A DNA stretch of 29,303 nucleotides from Nitrospinota bacterium (GTDB taxonomy: Bacteria; Nitrospinota; Nitrospinia; Nitrospinales; VA-1): positions 1-29,303 of the forward strand of contig JAYNIA010000026.1 of the NCBI GenBank assembly GCA_038108555.1, written 5' to 3'. The notes beneath the pieces are model-generated. The model was not told the DNA's origin and did not search any database. It worked only from the letters and a program-made list of their open reading frames with translations. A program made the translations under genes and the position numbers. Positions 18,295 through 28,829 of this stretch are shown here, one piece after another (the first letter of the stretch is position 1; every line of letters starts with the position of its first letter).

Positions 18295-18672
18295 ATGATG
18301 GGGATAGGGTTTCCTGAATTGATGATCATTTTGATCATCATCATGATTATTTTTGGAGCGGGAAAACTTCCCGAAATAGGCAGTGCTTTTGGTCGTAGTA
18401 TTAAGAATTTTAAATCTTCCATGAAAGAAGCACAGGAGGAAGAAGAGAATCCGCAAGTAGAGAGTGGTGAGCAGGCTTCTATCGAAGAAGGAAAAGGCGC
18501 TGAATCAGAAGAGAACTTAACAGAAGAAGAAAAAGAAGCGCTTGCGAGGAAAAAAGCCCAGGAAGAAGGGGAAGCAAAAGATCAGGCAATGAAAGAAGCT
18601 GCGGATAACTTTACAGCATCCCTGCCAAGAAAAGGCTCATACGATTTTAGTAAAGATCAGGAAAAGAGTTAA
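18295..18672 (+). CDS. tatA: Twin-arginine translocase TatA/TatE-family subunit with a long acidic tail
   Basis: GIGFPELMIILIIIMIIFGAGKLPEIGSAFGRSIKNFK. GGAGG at 18281-18285 precedes ATG 18295. Confidence 0.92.
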   Translation: MMGIGFPELMIILIIIMIIFGAGKLPEIGSAFGRSIKNFKSSMKEAQEEEENPQVESGEQASIEEGKGAESEENLTEEEKEALARKKAQEEGEAKDQAMKEAADNFTASLPRKGSYDFSKDQEKS

Positions 18673-18694
18673 ACTACATTAATTAAAAAAATAG

Positions 18695-18725
18695 AAGCCC
18701 CGTGTTTTGGCACGGGGCTTTTTTT
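18695..18725 (+). terminator. Intrinsic terminator downstream of tatA
   Basis: AAGCCCCGTG-TTTTGG-CACGGGGCTT perfect 10-bp stem followed by a T run. Confidence 0.9.
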
Positions 18726-18785
18726 ATTGGGCGTTGTACAGTTAATCGCCAATGGGCTAGATTAGTTGCCTGCGGCGGCTCACCG

Positions 18786-19118
18786 CTATTCGTCGTATTT
18801 CCAGGGCTCTTTTAGATTGTCCAGGGTCCACACCGTTAACCCATCCATATCCTTGTAAATGCCCCGGGTGAAAAAGTTAAAGGGATCAAAAAAACGAACC
18901 CCTTTTTCAGGGTCAATTTCGAAATTTACTTTTTCTTTTTGAATCGGGTGGGCCTTGCATTCTAAAAATTTTTCTCCATCCACTTCCGAAAGGGAAAAAA
19001 TTTCTTCAATGATATCCGCAGGGTACTGACCTGATTCGACTACCTGTTTGACCTTCTCCATGATAGCCTCGACTTTTTCTTTGTCCAGATGATGCATCTT
19101 CATAGCTATTTCCTGCAC
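18786..19118 (-). CDS. Hypothetical protein (start uncertain)
   Basis: 110-aa ORF with protein-like composition filling the space between tatA and the glycosyltransferase. No recognised motif. Confidence 0.7.
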   Translation of the reverse strand: MQEIAMKMHHLDKEKVEAIMEKVKQVVESGQYPADIIEEIFSLSEVDGEKFLECKAHPIQKEKVNFEIDPEKGVRFFDPFNFFTRGIYKDMDGLTVWTLDNLKEPWKYDE

Positions 19119-19294
19119 TCTTTAAAATTTGATTGTTCCAGAAAACAAATTATAGCCCAACTTCCCATTTATGACCAGTTAGGGATTTTGCCTATAAAAT
19201 TAAGAGTTTACAAATTATAGGGACTCAGATAGGGTGATATGCTGAGAGCGGTTTTTGTACAAAATTTTTAAAACCTATTTTCCTTCTTCCCACC

Positions 19295-21292
19295 TTGAAC
19301 CCTCCGTCGGATTTTTCAAATAAATCTGTTGTTGGCCGCTACCCTTTTTATCTTTTTATAATGATGGGCTTGGCCATGGTGGTACGTTTTCCAGGTTTAG
19401 GAGTTCCGTTATTTGGAGATGAAGCGACAACATTTTGGGAGCATGCTTCCTCCTCTTGGCAAACCTTATTTTCCCGTTACGCGGGACCCAACCAGCATTC
19501 CTTATTTTCGTTTTTTTCAAATATTGCGATGCAGATTTTTGGAGAAAGCGAAATCAGTTTTCGTCTTCCTTCTTGCATAGCGGGGGTCCTGATAATACCT
19601 TTGACCTGGCTGGCCGGAAGGCAACTTTTATTGACGCCTCAAGCTTCCCTTTTAGCCGCTTTTCTGGTCAGCTTTTCATGGCCCTTGTTTGAACAGTCTC
19701 AACAGGGGAGAGGATATACCCTGACAGGGGCATTCGCGCTGATCGTTTTTATAAGTGGAAAAAAAATGATTTCCGAAACGCTGGACTTGAAGGTGCTCTT
19801 GATTTTTATTCTCTCAGGAATCAGCATGGTGTTGATTCTACCCAGCAATATTTATTTTCTTGCAGCTTGTAGTGCATTTCTAATTGCAAATTTTTGGTTG
19901 GAAAATGCGAATGACAGGCAGTTGAAAACTTTAATTTTAAAAGCAGGGCCAGTGTTGATGATGGGAATGCTGGCCTCGTGTTATCTATTGTTTATTTTTG
20001 ATGACCTTCAACGGGGACTGGAGACCTACCGCATTTATGCGAGAGATATGGAAGGTTTAAGTTCTCTGGACCCAACAATTAATAGGTCTTGGGAAGCTTT
20101 TCTATATTTGTCTCAACCCTGGGGAATTCCTTTTTGCCTGTTGTTCATTTTTGGATTTTTATATGTCCGGCACCCGGCCTTACTTCTAATTTTTATTCTT
20201 CCGTTCCTGTTCAACCTGGTTTCAGGAGTTCAAGGGCCTTCCCGCTCTTATTTTTATTGGATACCCTTTTATCTGCTTGTGGTTTCCCATGGGTTATACC
20301 ACCTATATGAAAAGCTGGAACCCCTGCTTTCCAAAGGAGTGAATCGATCGATATTTTTATTGGTTGTTGCGCTGTTAATTTTGCCTCCTGCGAACTCCCT
20401 GGAGAAGTTTTTTGGACATCGCTTTGAAGTCCAGTTTGTAAAAATGGAGGAGGCGCGAACGGGTCTCGAGTATATGAAAAGTTTTCCCGGAAATCATTTG
20501 TTTGTCATCCCCTGGGAAGATCGCGTATTGCGTTATTATGCTGAAAAAAAAGTTGCAGAGAACATGTTGAGTGTTGTTCAGGAGGGAAGTCTTGGAAAAA
20601 TTATTTATGCCTCCCATAAATCGCTCTCACCTGAAAAAATATCCAGTTTCGGTTTGGTTCCTGAAAATTCCTTTTTGCCTGAATATTTCAAGCTTATAGC
20701 ACAAAAAGGAAACCTGAACTTTTATGTTTTGGATTTTCAAATAGCCCCATTTATTCCTTTGGAAAAGGATTTGAATATCCTCAAACGGTTTGGGCAAAAA
20801 AATGTTTCTGGATTAGAAATTAGCAAAGACACCCAAAATAAGTTTGTGGGTAAAGAATCCCTGAGAATTGAGAATAGGGGTTCCTCTACAAATTTAACAT
20901 CTAAACTTCTCAGGTCGGTAACCCTCCCTCCAGGCACGGCATTTTTACTTTATATCTATGCAAAAGAGTTTTATCAGGCTTCTAAAGCAGGGGTGATGGG
21001 TTCCAGGAAATTAAAAGGAAAACCTTCCGACTCATTAAATTTGTTGTTTGGAAAATTTAAGGAGGATCAAGAAGGGTTGGTTTGGGTGCCAGAGCACCCT
21101 TATCGTAATTTCAGGCCCATTGAAAATAAAGATGGGTTTTACTGGACGATCGTGATGTTGACCAATCCGATAGGGGTGGGATTAAATCATTTTCAAGAGG
21201 CCATCAGAGTACAAAAAGAGACCAGCCATTTTGATGGAATGCAGGCCTACATTCTCCATTCGGCAAACATCAAGCAGAGAACCACACAATAA
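19295..21292 (+). CDS. GT-C fold membrane glycosyltransferase (GT39/ArnT-like)
   Basis: DE motif after TM1 (GDEATT), RLPS and QGRGY, a polytopic N-terminal region and a soluble C-terminal domain. Confidence 0.75.
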   Translation: MNPPSDFSNKSVVGRYPFYLFIMMGLAMVVRFPGLGVPLFGDEATTFWEHASSSWQTLFSRYAGPNQHSLFSFFSNIAMQIFGESEISFRLPSCIAGVLIIPLTWLAGRQLLLTPQASLLAAFLVSFSWPLFEQSQQGRGYTLTGAFALIVFISGKKMISETLDLKVLLIFILSGISMVLILPSNIYFLAACSAFLIANFWLENANDRQLKTLILKAGPVLMMGMLASCYLLFIFDDLQRGLETYRIYARDMEGLSSLDPTINRSWEAFLYLSQPWGIPFCLLFIFGFLYVRHPALLLIFILPFLFNLVSGVQGPSRSYFYWIPFYLLVVSHGLYHLYEKLEPLLSKGVNRSIFLLVVALLILPPANSLEKFFGHRFEVQFVKMEEARTGLEYMKSFPGNHLFVIPWEDRVLRYYAEKKVAENMLSVVQEGSLGKIIYASHKSLSPEKISSFGLVPENSFLPEYFKLIAQKGNLNFYVLDFQIAPFIPLEKDLNILKRFGQKNVSGLEISKDTQNKFVGKESLRIENRGSSTNLTSKLLRSVTLPPGTAFLLYIYAKEFYQASKAGVMGSRKLKGKPSDSLNLLFGKFKEDQEGLVWVPEHPYRNFRPIENKDGFYWTIVMLTNPIGVGLNHFQEAIRVQKETSHFDGMQAYILHSANIKQRTTQ

Positions 21293-21315
21293 GCTATTTT
21301 TGAATCAACGTGGAT

Positions 21316-22755
21316 TTAGTGAGGACTGGTAAGTGCGATGATGGGATCCGGGAAAATACCCAGCTCAATGGTTCCCAGGATTCCGATGGCAACAACAAAC
21401 AAAGTCATGGGGGTCAGGGAAATTTGAAATTCTCCCGCAGGCTCTTTCATATACATGAAGACCACGACTTTTAAGTAGTAGTAAAAGGAGATGGCACTGT
21501 TAAGAACTGCGATGATAACCAGTGTCACGAAACCTTCTTCAATCGCTGCGCTAAAGATGTAGAACTTGGCAACGAACCCGGCAAAAGGAGGAAGACCGCC
21601 GAGGGAAAGTAGAAATACCGTCATGCTCAGAGCCAACACCGGGTGTTTGTAAGCCAAACCGGAATAGTTTTCCACTTCCAGGTTATCTTCACCTTTCCTT
21701 CCAAGAATGATGATTATTCCGAACGCACCAAATGTGGTGAAAGCATAGGTCAGCATATAAAACAACAAACCAGAACCTGCTAGCGAGCTTCCCGCAATGA
21801 TGGCAACAATCAGGTAACCGGCATGGGAGATGCTGGAAAAAGCCAGCATTCGTTTAATATTGCTTTGCATGATGGCTCCCAGGTTGCCAACAAACATACT
21901 GAGGACAGCCACTATGCAGAGTAAGATTTCCCAAGAAGGAGCCATTTCAGGAATCGCCTCTGTAAAGACACGGTAGAAAGCTGCAAATGCTGCCGCTTTG
22001 GGACCGACGGACATGAAAGCTGTTACCGGTGTGGGAGATCCCTGGTAAACATCAGGTGCCCACATGTGGAATGGTACCGCCGCCACTTTAAACCCGAACC
22101 CAATCACCAGTAAAACGATACCCATTAAGAGTAGCGGATGGGATTGCGCTCCTCCGGTTTTTGCAAAATCAGCAATCTTAAACAGGTTTGTACTTCCCGT
22201 TGAGCCGTAAATCAGGGTCATTCCATATAAAAGGAATCCGGTTGCAAATGCACCCAGAAGAAAGTATTTGAGGGCAGCCTCATTGGAAATGGGATCATCT
22301 CTTTTGAATCCTGCCAGAACATATAGGCAGATTGAGACGATTTCAATTCCAAGGAAAATCATGATCATATCTGTCGAAGAAGCCAGAACGATCATTCCTA
22401 CAGTACAGAGCAGGATCAGGGAATAATACTCACCGGCTTTGATTCCCTTGCGCTCGTTGTATTCAGCGGAAAGCAATATGGCCAATGCCGAGCTTAGTGT
22501 AAAAATACAAGTGAAGAAAATGGATAAGTGGTCGACGATATAACTGTCTGTAAACGCAAATGACGGAAGAGGGTGTTTTGCAAACGCACTGATTGCCGTC
22601 ATTAAAAGACCGACAAGGCTGACAAACATCAGCAGCGTTTTATTTCTTCCAGCCCACAAATCCAACACGAGGACCCCCATAGCAAAAACACTTAACACCA
22701 GTACAGGTGCAAGGGCTATCAGGTCGATGGATTCAGGTGCGTGTATTGGTTCCAC
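21316..22755 (-). CDS. nuoN: NADH-quinone oxidoreductase subunit N
   Basis: EAALKYFLLG, FKVAAVPFHMWAPDVYQGSPTPV and KRMLAFSSISHAGY. Confidence 0.96.
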   Translation of the reverse strand: MEPIHAPESIDLIALAPVLVLSVFAMGVLVLDLWAGRNKTLLMFVSLVGLLMTAISAFAKHPLPSFAFTDSYIVDHLSIFFTCIFTLSSALAILLSAEYNERKGIKAGEYYSLILLCTVGMIVLASSTDMIMIFLGIEIVSICLYVLAGFKRDDPISNEAALKYFLLGAFATGFLLYGMTLIYGSTGSTNLFKIADFAKTGGAQSHPLLLMGIVLLVIGFGFKVAAVPFHMWAPDVYQGSPTPVTAFMSVGPKAAAFAAFYRVFTEAIPEMAPSWEILLCIVAVLSMFVGNLGAIMQSNIKRMLAFSSISHAGYLIVAIIAGSSLAGSGLLFYMLTYAFTTFGAFGIIIILGRKGEDNLEVENYSGLAYKHPVLALSMTVFLLSLGGLPPFAGFVAKFYIFSAAIEEGFVTLVIIAVLNSAISFYYYLKVVVFMYMKEPAGEFQISLTPMTLFVVAIGILGTIELGIFPDPIIALTSPH

Positions 22756-22773
22756 TATTTAAAATTCCTTAAA

Positions 22774-24363
22774 TTAATTATGACTGGTCTCTTCCAGCCT
22801 TTGGCTTAACTTGGCCATTTCAGTTTTAGGTGCTAACGATGCATGGTGTCCTCCACTATCGTGGTGGTCTTTTTTAGGTCTGAAATTATCTGGAGAGACT
22901 TTTCCTACCAGATGTGTTACTGATGCATCGAAAGTTTTCATAAAAGGTTTGGGATACAAACCTATCCAGAAAATTAATACCAACAAGGGAACAATTGTAA
23001 TGAGTTCCCTCATATTCATATCTTTTAGTTCCATATTTTTCGGATTATTCAACTCCAGAAACATGACCCTTTGGAACATCCAGAGAATGTAACAGGCTGC
23101 CAGGATAACTCCCGTGGTTGCTGCAGCCGCATACATGAGACCAATGCCCTGGAAGGTCCCCAAAAGAACTAAAAATTCCCCTACAAACCCGTTCATGCCC
23201 GGCAGACCTATGGATGAAAGTGCTACGATCATAAAACAAACGGCATAGACCGGCATTTGCTTGGAAAGCCCCCCAAACTCTTTAATCAATCTCGTATGTC
23301 GACGATCATAAATGACACCCACCAAAAGGAAGAGGGCACCGGTACTGATTCCGTGGTTGATATTTTGGATCAAAGCTCCCTGTATCCCATATTCGTTCAG
23401 GGCAAAAATACCCAACATGACAAACCCCAGATGACTGACGCTGGAATAGGCCACCAGTTTTTTCAAATCCTCCTGGACCATGGATACCAGGGCTCCATAA
23501 ATGATTCCAACGATCGACAATGTAGCAACAAATGGAATGAAGTCGTAACAGGCCTGGGGGAAGAAAGGCAGATTAAATCGCAGGAAACCATAAGTTCCCA
23601 TTTTCAGCAGGACACCTGCCAGGATGACCGAGCCGGCTGTAGGCGCTTCAACGTGAGCATCAGGCAGCCAGGTATGAAAAGGGAACATTGGGACCTTGAT
23701 TGCAAATGCCAGGAAAAATGCCATCCACAGCCATTTTTGTATGTCTAGAGGAGCGCTTATATGTTCTGTTATAAAAAGAATATCCGCCGTTGCAACGCCG
23801 GTGGTTTCTTTAATGTGGAAGTATATCCAGATGATCGCCACCAGCATCAGCAATGAGCCTACGGCTGTGTAAATGAAAAATTTAACGGCAGCATAAATTC
23901 GTCTGGGTCCTCCCCATACCCCCACGATGATATACATGGGAACCAACTGGAATTCCCAGAACACATAAAACATAAAAAGGTCGAGGGAGATAAAGACCCC
24001 CAGCATGCCAGTCGAAAGCGCCAGCATGGCCATCATGTATTCGCGGATATGTTTTTTGACATCCCAGGATGCGATGATACAGATCATCGTCAGGAAGGTG
24101 GTCATTACATAAAGCAACAGGGAAATGCCATCGATTCCAATGTGGTAGTTGATACCCCAGGATTCTATCCAGGAAACATTGTATTCGAACTGCATCCTAT
24201 GACTGTTATTATCGAAATTGGTCCATAGGAGCAAAGACAGTAAAAAGTCTGCTGCAGCAACGGCCAATGCAGTCTGCTTGATCGCACCTTCATTTTCCTT
24301 AGGCAAAAATGCGAGAAACAGCGCGCCAAAAATTGGCAGGAATGTAATAAAAGTTAAAAACAT
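22774..24363 (-). CDS. nuoM: NADH-quinone oxidoreductase subunit M
   Basis: FYVFWE, KVPMFPFHTWLPDAHVEAPT, LKMGTYG and GFVGEF. Confidence 0.96.
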   Translation of the reverse strand: MFLTFITFLPIFGALFLAFLPKENEGAIKQTALAVAAADFLLSLLLWTNFDNNSHRMQFEYNVSWIESWGINYHIGIDGISLLLYVMTTFLTMICIIASWDVKKHIREYMMAMLALSTGMLGVFISLDLFMFYVFWEFQLVPMYIIVGVWGGPRRIYAAVKFFIYTAVGSLLMLVAIIWIYFHIKETTGVATADILFITEHISAPLDIQKWLWMAFFLAFAIKVPMFPFHTWLPDAHVEAPTAGSVILAGVLLKMGTYGFLRFNLPFFPQACYDFIPFVATLSIVGIIYGALVSMVQEDLKKLVAYSSVSHLGFVMLGIFALNEYGIQGALIQNINHGISTGALFLLVGVIYDRRHTRLIKEFGGLSKQMPVYAVCFMIVALSSIGLPGMNGFVGEFLVLLGTFQGIGLMYAAAATTGVILAACYILWMFQRVMFLELNNPKNMELKDMNMRELITIVPLLVLIFWIGLYPKPFMKTFDASVTHLVGKVSPDNFRPKKDHHDSGGHHASLAPKTEMAKLSQRLEETSHN

Positions 24364-24369
24364 AGTTCC

Positions 24370-26337
24370 TTAAAACATAATCAGTAAAAGACTGATGAAG
24401 CCCACCGCAATGAACAAAGCGTAGTTGCGTACAAACCCCGATTGAAATGCACGCGCCTGCTTACTGAGCCATCCGATAGATTTTGCGGTGCCCATCACAC
24501 TGCCATCAATGGCTTTAGCGTCACATTCCTTCCAAAGTATTTTTGATCCTTCCACTGTCGGTTGGACGAAAGCAGCATCGTACAATTCATCCACGCCATA
24601 TTTGTTTTGTACCAGTTCGAATCCCCATTGACCTTTTGTGTATTTTTCAGGCAGGTCGGGTCGCTTGATATAAAAGATATAGGCAGCAAATATTCCTGTT
24701 GCCGCCACACAAGCGGAGAACGCCATCAGGAAAATCTCAAGCCACAGATTGTGCTCCTTCGGATTGAGTAAATGGGCATAGGATGGTGCATGTCGGCCCA
24801 CCTCATGAAGCATGTGCTCGGAATGTTCCAAAGCATGTGCCAGATCGAAATGCAAAACCGGTTCCAGCCAGTTGTGCAGAATATGCCAGCCATGAAATAG
24901 AGGGATTCCCAGAATACCGCCAACGGTGGCAAGTCCAGCGAGAATAACCAAAGGCATGGTCATTACTTTTGGTGATTCATGTGGGTGAATATGTGGATCC
25001 ACACGTGATTCGCCATGGAAGGTCATAAAGACCAGACGGAACATATAAAATGCTGTTAACAATGCGGCAGAAATTCCCATTCCCCAGAAAATTATATTTC
25101 CATCCATCAGAGCGTGATAGAGGACTTCGTCCTTACTGAAAAAGCCGGATAGGGGAGGGATTCCCGCAATAGCCAGTGTCGATACCAGAAACGTCCAGTA
25201 AGTGACCGGCATATAGTTTTTGAGTCCGCCCATTTTTCGCATGTCTTGCTCGCCGTGAATTCCATGAATGACGCTTCCAGAACCAAGAAAGAGGCAGGCT
25301 TTGAAGAATGCATGGGTTACAAGATGAAAGACCGCAGCAGTGTAAGCTCCAACTCCACAAGCAAGAAACATATAACCAATCTGACTGACTGTGGAGTAAG
25401 CCAGCACGCGCTTAATATCAAACTGGGTCATTCCAATGGTGGCAGCCATGATTGCCGTAGCCGCACCTATCCCCGCAACAACCATCATGGTCATCGGTGC
25501 AAGATTAAATAAGGCGCTACAACGAACTACCATATAGACGCCTGCAGTAACCATGGTTGCAGCATGGATCAGGGCACTAACAGGAGTTGGACCTTCCATC
25601 GCATCCGGCAGCCAGGTGTACAAAGGAATCTGCGCCGATTTTCCGGTGGCTCCTACGAATAGAAGCATAGTAATGATGGTGACTGCCTCTCCTGCGTAGA
25701 CCAGTTTTTCAGGAGCGGCATGCATGACCTCCGAAAAGTCGATAGTGCCAAAGATATTGAAGATGTACATAACAGCCAGGAGAAAAGCAAAGTCTCCCAC
25801 CCGGTTCACTACAAAGGCCTTTGTGCCAGCATCGCAGGCAGATTTTTTCTCAAAGTAATATCCAATCAGGAAATAGGAACAGCACCCCACACCTTCCCAG
25901 CCGATAAACATGAGCAGGAAGTTGTTACCCATGATGAGAAGCAGCATGGCGCTGGCAAACAGATTGAAGTAGGCGAAGAAACGATAGAAGCTGTATTCTT
26001 CATGCATATAGCCGATGGCATAGACATGGATGATGAATCCGACACCGGTGACAACAAACATCATGACCAGGGTCAGCGGATCAACCTGGAAACCGAAATC
26101 AACATGAAAATCCCCAGCCCCAAACCACGACCAGACAATTTGCTCGTAAGCATGTGAACCTTCTGGCAGCATGAGGTAGCCCACATAAACCAGAATAGAG
26201 GTTAGGAAAGACAGTGCCATGCTTCCGGCAGCAATGATCCCGACAGCATTCTTTCCAATGCGCAGACCGAAAAATCCGTTGATGATTGACCCGATCAACG
26301 GAAACAGGGGTACCAGACAGGTTAGTTTTAACAGCAT
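24370..26337 (-). CDS. nuoL: NADH-quinone oxidoreductase subunit L
   Basis: GWEGVG, KSAQIPLYTWLPDAMEGPTPVSALIHAATMV and HAFFKA. Confidence 0.96.
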   Translation of the reverse strand: MLLKLTCLVPLFPLIGSIINGFFGLRIGKNAVGIIAAGSMALSFLTSILVYVGYLMLPEGSHAYEQIVWSWFGAGDFHVDFGFQVDPLTLVMMFVVTGVGFIIHVYAIGYMHEEYSFYRFFAYFNLFASAMLLLIMGNNFLLMFIGWEGVGCCSYFLIGYYFEKKSACDAGTKAFVVNRVGDFAFLLAVMYIFNIFGTIDFSEVMHAAPEKLVYAGEAVTIITMLLFVGATGKSAQIPLYTWLPDAMEGPTPVSALIHAATMVTAGVYMVVRCSALFNLAPMTMMVVAGIGAATAIMAATIGMTQFDIKRVLAYSTVSQIGYMFLACGVGAYTAAVFHLVTHAFFKACLFLGSGSVIHGIHGEQDMRKMGGLKNYMPVTYWTFLVSTLAIAGIPPLSGFFSKDEVLYHALMDGNIIFWGMGISAALLTAFYMFRLVFMTFHGESRVDPHIHPHESPKVMTMPLVILAGLATVGGILGIPLFHGWHILHNWLEPVLHFDLAHALEHSEHMLHEVGRHAPSYAHLLNPKEHNLWLEIFLMAFSACVAATGIFAAYIFYIKRPDLPEKYTKGQWGFELVQNKYGVDELYDAAFVQPTVEGSKILWKECDAKAIDGSVMGTAKSIGWLSKQARAFQSGFVRNYALFIAVGFISLLLIMF

Positions 26338-26344
26338 TTGCTTT

Positions 26345-26659
26345 TTACCACTTCAACAGGTTGAATTCGTCAAGATTGACTGTTGGTTTATTTCTATGCA
26401 GGGCAATAATAATTGCCAGGCCCACCGACACTTCTGCAGCAGCCACACACATAACCATGAAACTGAAAATTTGACCATTGGAGAGATTCAAATAATGGTC
26501 GAAAGCAATCAGGGAAATATTGACCGCGTTCAACATGATTTCAATCGACATGAACACCACAATGACGTTGCGGCGAACCAATACTCCAACGATTCCGATA
26601 ACAAATAGAACCGCACTTAAGGTCAAATAATGTTCTAAGGGAACTGTACCTTCAAACAT
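26345..26659 (-). CDS. nuoK: NADH-quinone oxidoreductase subunit K (start ATG 26659 or TTG 26665)
   Basis: [14 protein letters not shown] and [10 protein letters not shown]. Confidence 0.95.
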   Translation of the reverse strand: MFEGTVPLEHYLTLSAVLFVIGIVGVLVRRNVIVVFMSIEIMLNAVNISLIAFDHYLNLSNGQIFSFMVMCVAAAEVSVGLAIIIALHRNKPTVNLDEFNLLKW

Positions 26660-26661
26660 AG

Positions 26662-27171
26662 TCAATCCAGTTTGGGTTTTGCCAGGACCACTGCTCCGAT
26701 CATGGCTGCTAATAATAAGAGAGATGCCACTTCAAATGGCAAAACAAAGTCAGTGAATAAAGATTCTCCCACCGTCGCTACAGTTCCAAAAGTATCTGGA
26801 AGTTCTGCAGGAGAATTTAAATCGGCCGAAAAAGTTACATCTACGATTTTGTATAAAATCCCTAAAGCCAGTGCGCTTGTAAGAATCGTGATAAAAAGAT
26901 TATTGTTCCGGGCCACCCAATCTGTGCCTGCCGTTTGTTTCAGGTTCAAAAGCATGATTACAAACATGAATAAAACCATAATTGCGCCGGCGTAGATGAT
27001 TATTTGCAGGACGGCAATAAAGTGGGCCTGTTGCAAAACGAATATTCCTGCAAGGCCCAGCATCATTCCAATGAGGCACATGGCAGATCCAACCGGACTG
27101 GTGTTTAAAATTACACCTAGGGCCAGTGCAACACACAAACCTGCGATCGGATAAAAAATTAGTAATTCCAT
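26662..27171 (-). CDS. nuoJ: NADH-quinone oxidoreductase subunit J
   Basis: [20 protein letters not shown] and [17 protein letters not shown]. Confidence 0.95.
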   Translation of the reverse strand: MELLIFYPIAGLCVALALGVILNTSPVGSAMCLIGMMLGLAGIFVLQQAHFIAVLQIIIYAGAIMVLFMFVIMLLNLKQTAGTDWVARNNNLFITILTSALALGILYKIVDVTFSADLNSPAELPDTFGTVATVGESLFTDFVLPFEVASLLLLAAMIGAVVLAKPKLD

Positions 27172-27728
27172 TTAGCGTACATGTTCCGCGTGAACTCGAT
27201 TCGCTTTTGCAAATCTGCCACAGGAGTTAAAAGTTGTTCTTTGGTGTACAACATTTTTTTGCGATCGAGCATGGAGATCTCGCAATCGTCACTCATGAAA
27301 ATCGCTTCTTCCGGACAAGCCTCTTCACAGTTCCCGCAGAATATGCAAATGGCATAATCAATATTAAAAACATCGGGCCAGCGCTCGTACTGGTTTTGCT
27401 TGCCACTGTTTTCACCGGGTTCAATGTGGATGCAGTAGGCCGGGCATGCAATCTCGCAGAGCCCACAAGCAACACATGCAGGATGTCCGTCCTCGTTTTG
27501 TGCCAGTACCGGACGACCCCGATAGGCGACCGGGTATTGCACTTGTTCTTCCGGATAATAAACGGTCATAATCTTCCGCTCTTTTTGTGTTCCCAGAAAA
27601 AAAGGAATAAACCCAAAAAGGTTTTGGAAGAAATGCCGTGATGTAATAATCATTCCCTTGATGATTTCAGGAATATAAATCCTTTCCCACCAGGTCATCT
27701 TGATATTTCTATTTACATAATAGGCCAT
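27159..27728 (-). CDS. nuoI: NADH-quinone oxidoreductase subunit I (2x[4Fe-4S])
   Basis: CVACGLCEIACP, CIFCGNCEEACP and YPEE. GGAGG upstream. Confidence 0.95.
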   Translation of the reverse strand: MAYYVNRNIKMTWWERIYIPEIIKGMIITSRHFFQNLFGFIPFFLGTQKERKIMTVYYPEEQVQYPVAYRGRPVLAQNEDGHPACVACGLCEIACPAYCIHIEPGENSGKQNQYERWPDVFNIDYAICIFCGNCEEACPEEAIFMSDDCEISMLDRKKMLYTKEQLLTPVADLQKRIEFTRNMYAKWNY

Positions 27729-27741
27729 CGTCGGCCTCCTT

Positions 27742-28818
27742 TTAATTCAGGACCAGGATAACGATCCCGGTCACAAGAATGTTTGCTAAAGAAAGCGGTA
27801 GTAGTATCTTCCAACCCAATTTCATTATCTGATCATAACGAAACCGTGGAAGCGTCCACCGAATTGTCATTTGTACCCAGATAAAGAAAACTACTTTTGC
27901 GAAAAATACACCGACTTGAATCAACATCACTATTAGATTCGAGCCTGTGGTGCCAAGAAAATCAAACCAGCTGAGAAGTGTGGCTGTTGTTAAAAACGGA
28001 ATATGCCACGCTCCAAAAAACAAAATGGTCATGATGGCACCAATGGTGACCATTTCAATAAATTCCGACATGAAAAACATGCCGAATTTCAGACCACTGT
28101 ATTCAGTAAAATAACCCGCAACAATTTCAGATTCCGCTTCGGGATTGTCAAACGGGATACGCTTGTTCTCCGCAATCGATGCAGCAAGGAACATGAAGAA
28201 TCCCAAAGGCTGAAGGAAGAGTCCCCATCTGAAAAAATCTTCCTGAATGGCTCCGATGGTCGTCAGTTTCATGGAACCATAAACCATAAGAACGCCAACA
28301 ATGGTGAGTCCCATTGTGACTTCATAAGAAATCATTTGAGATGCGGTTCGCATGGAACCTAAAAGAGACCAGTTGTTGTTGGAGCTCCATCCCGCAATTA
28401 CGTAACCATAGGTTGCCAGCGATGCAATGGCAAATACAAAAAGCAGACCCACATCCAAATCTGAAATGACGAGATTGACCTCTTTGTCAAACAAAGTGTA
28501 TTGACCACCGAAAGGGACAACTGCAAAAGTGAGAATGGCTGGAACCACCGCGATGATCGGGCTGAGGGTATGGAGAATTTTGTTGGCACCTTGAGGAATG
28601 AAATCTTCCTTGGTGAACATCTTTAAAGCATCGGCGATGCAGTGGAATAAACCAATCGCGGTAAAGCCCAGGATGTCTGCCCGGTTAGCACCAATTCGGT
28701 CTTGCATGATGGCACTTTGCTTTCTTTCCACCCATGTCAAAATGGGAGCAAAGAAACCCACCGTTACTCCGATGATAAAGAGAATCTTTACTAATGTGAT
28801 TGCTAAATCAACCCACAT
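27742..28818 (-). CDS. nuoH: NADH-quinone oxidoreductase subunit H
   Basis: ERK...QDRIG, ADALKMFTKE, QMISYE, PFD..EAESE and PRFRYDQ. Confidence 0.96.
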   Translation of the reverse strand: MWVDLAITLVKILFIIGVTVGFFAPILTWVERKQSAIMQDRIGANRADILGFTAIGLFHCIADALKMFTKEDFIPQGANKILHTLSPIIAVVPAILTFAVVPFGGQYTLFDKEVNLVISDLDVGLLFVFAIASLATYGYVIAGWSSNNNWSLLGSMRTASQMISYEVTMGLTIVGVLMVYGSMKLTTIGAIQEDFFRWGLFLQPLGFFMFLAASIAENKRIPFDNPEAESEIVAGYFTEYSGLKFGMFFMSEFIEMVTIGAIMTILFFGAWHIPFLTTATLLSWFDFLGTTGSNLIVMLIQVGVFFAKVVFFIWVQMTIRWTLPRFRYDQIMKLGWKILLPLSLANILVTGIVILVLN

Positions 28819-28829
28819 ATTTCCTAACC

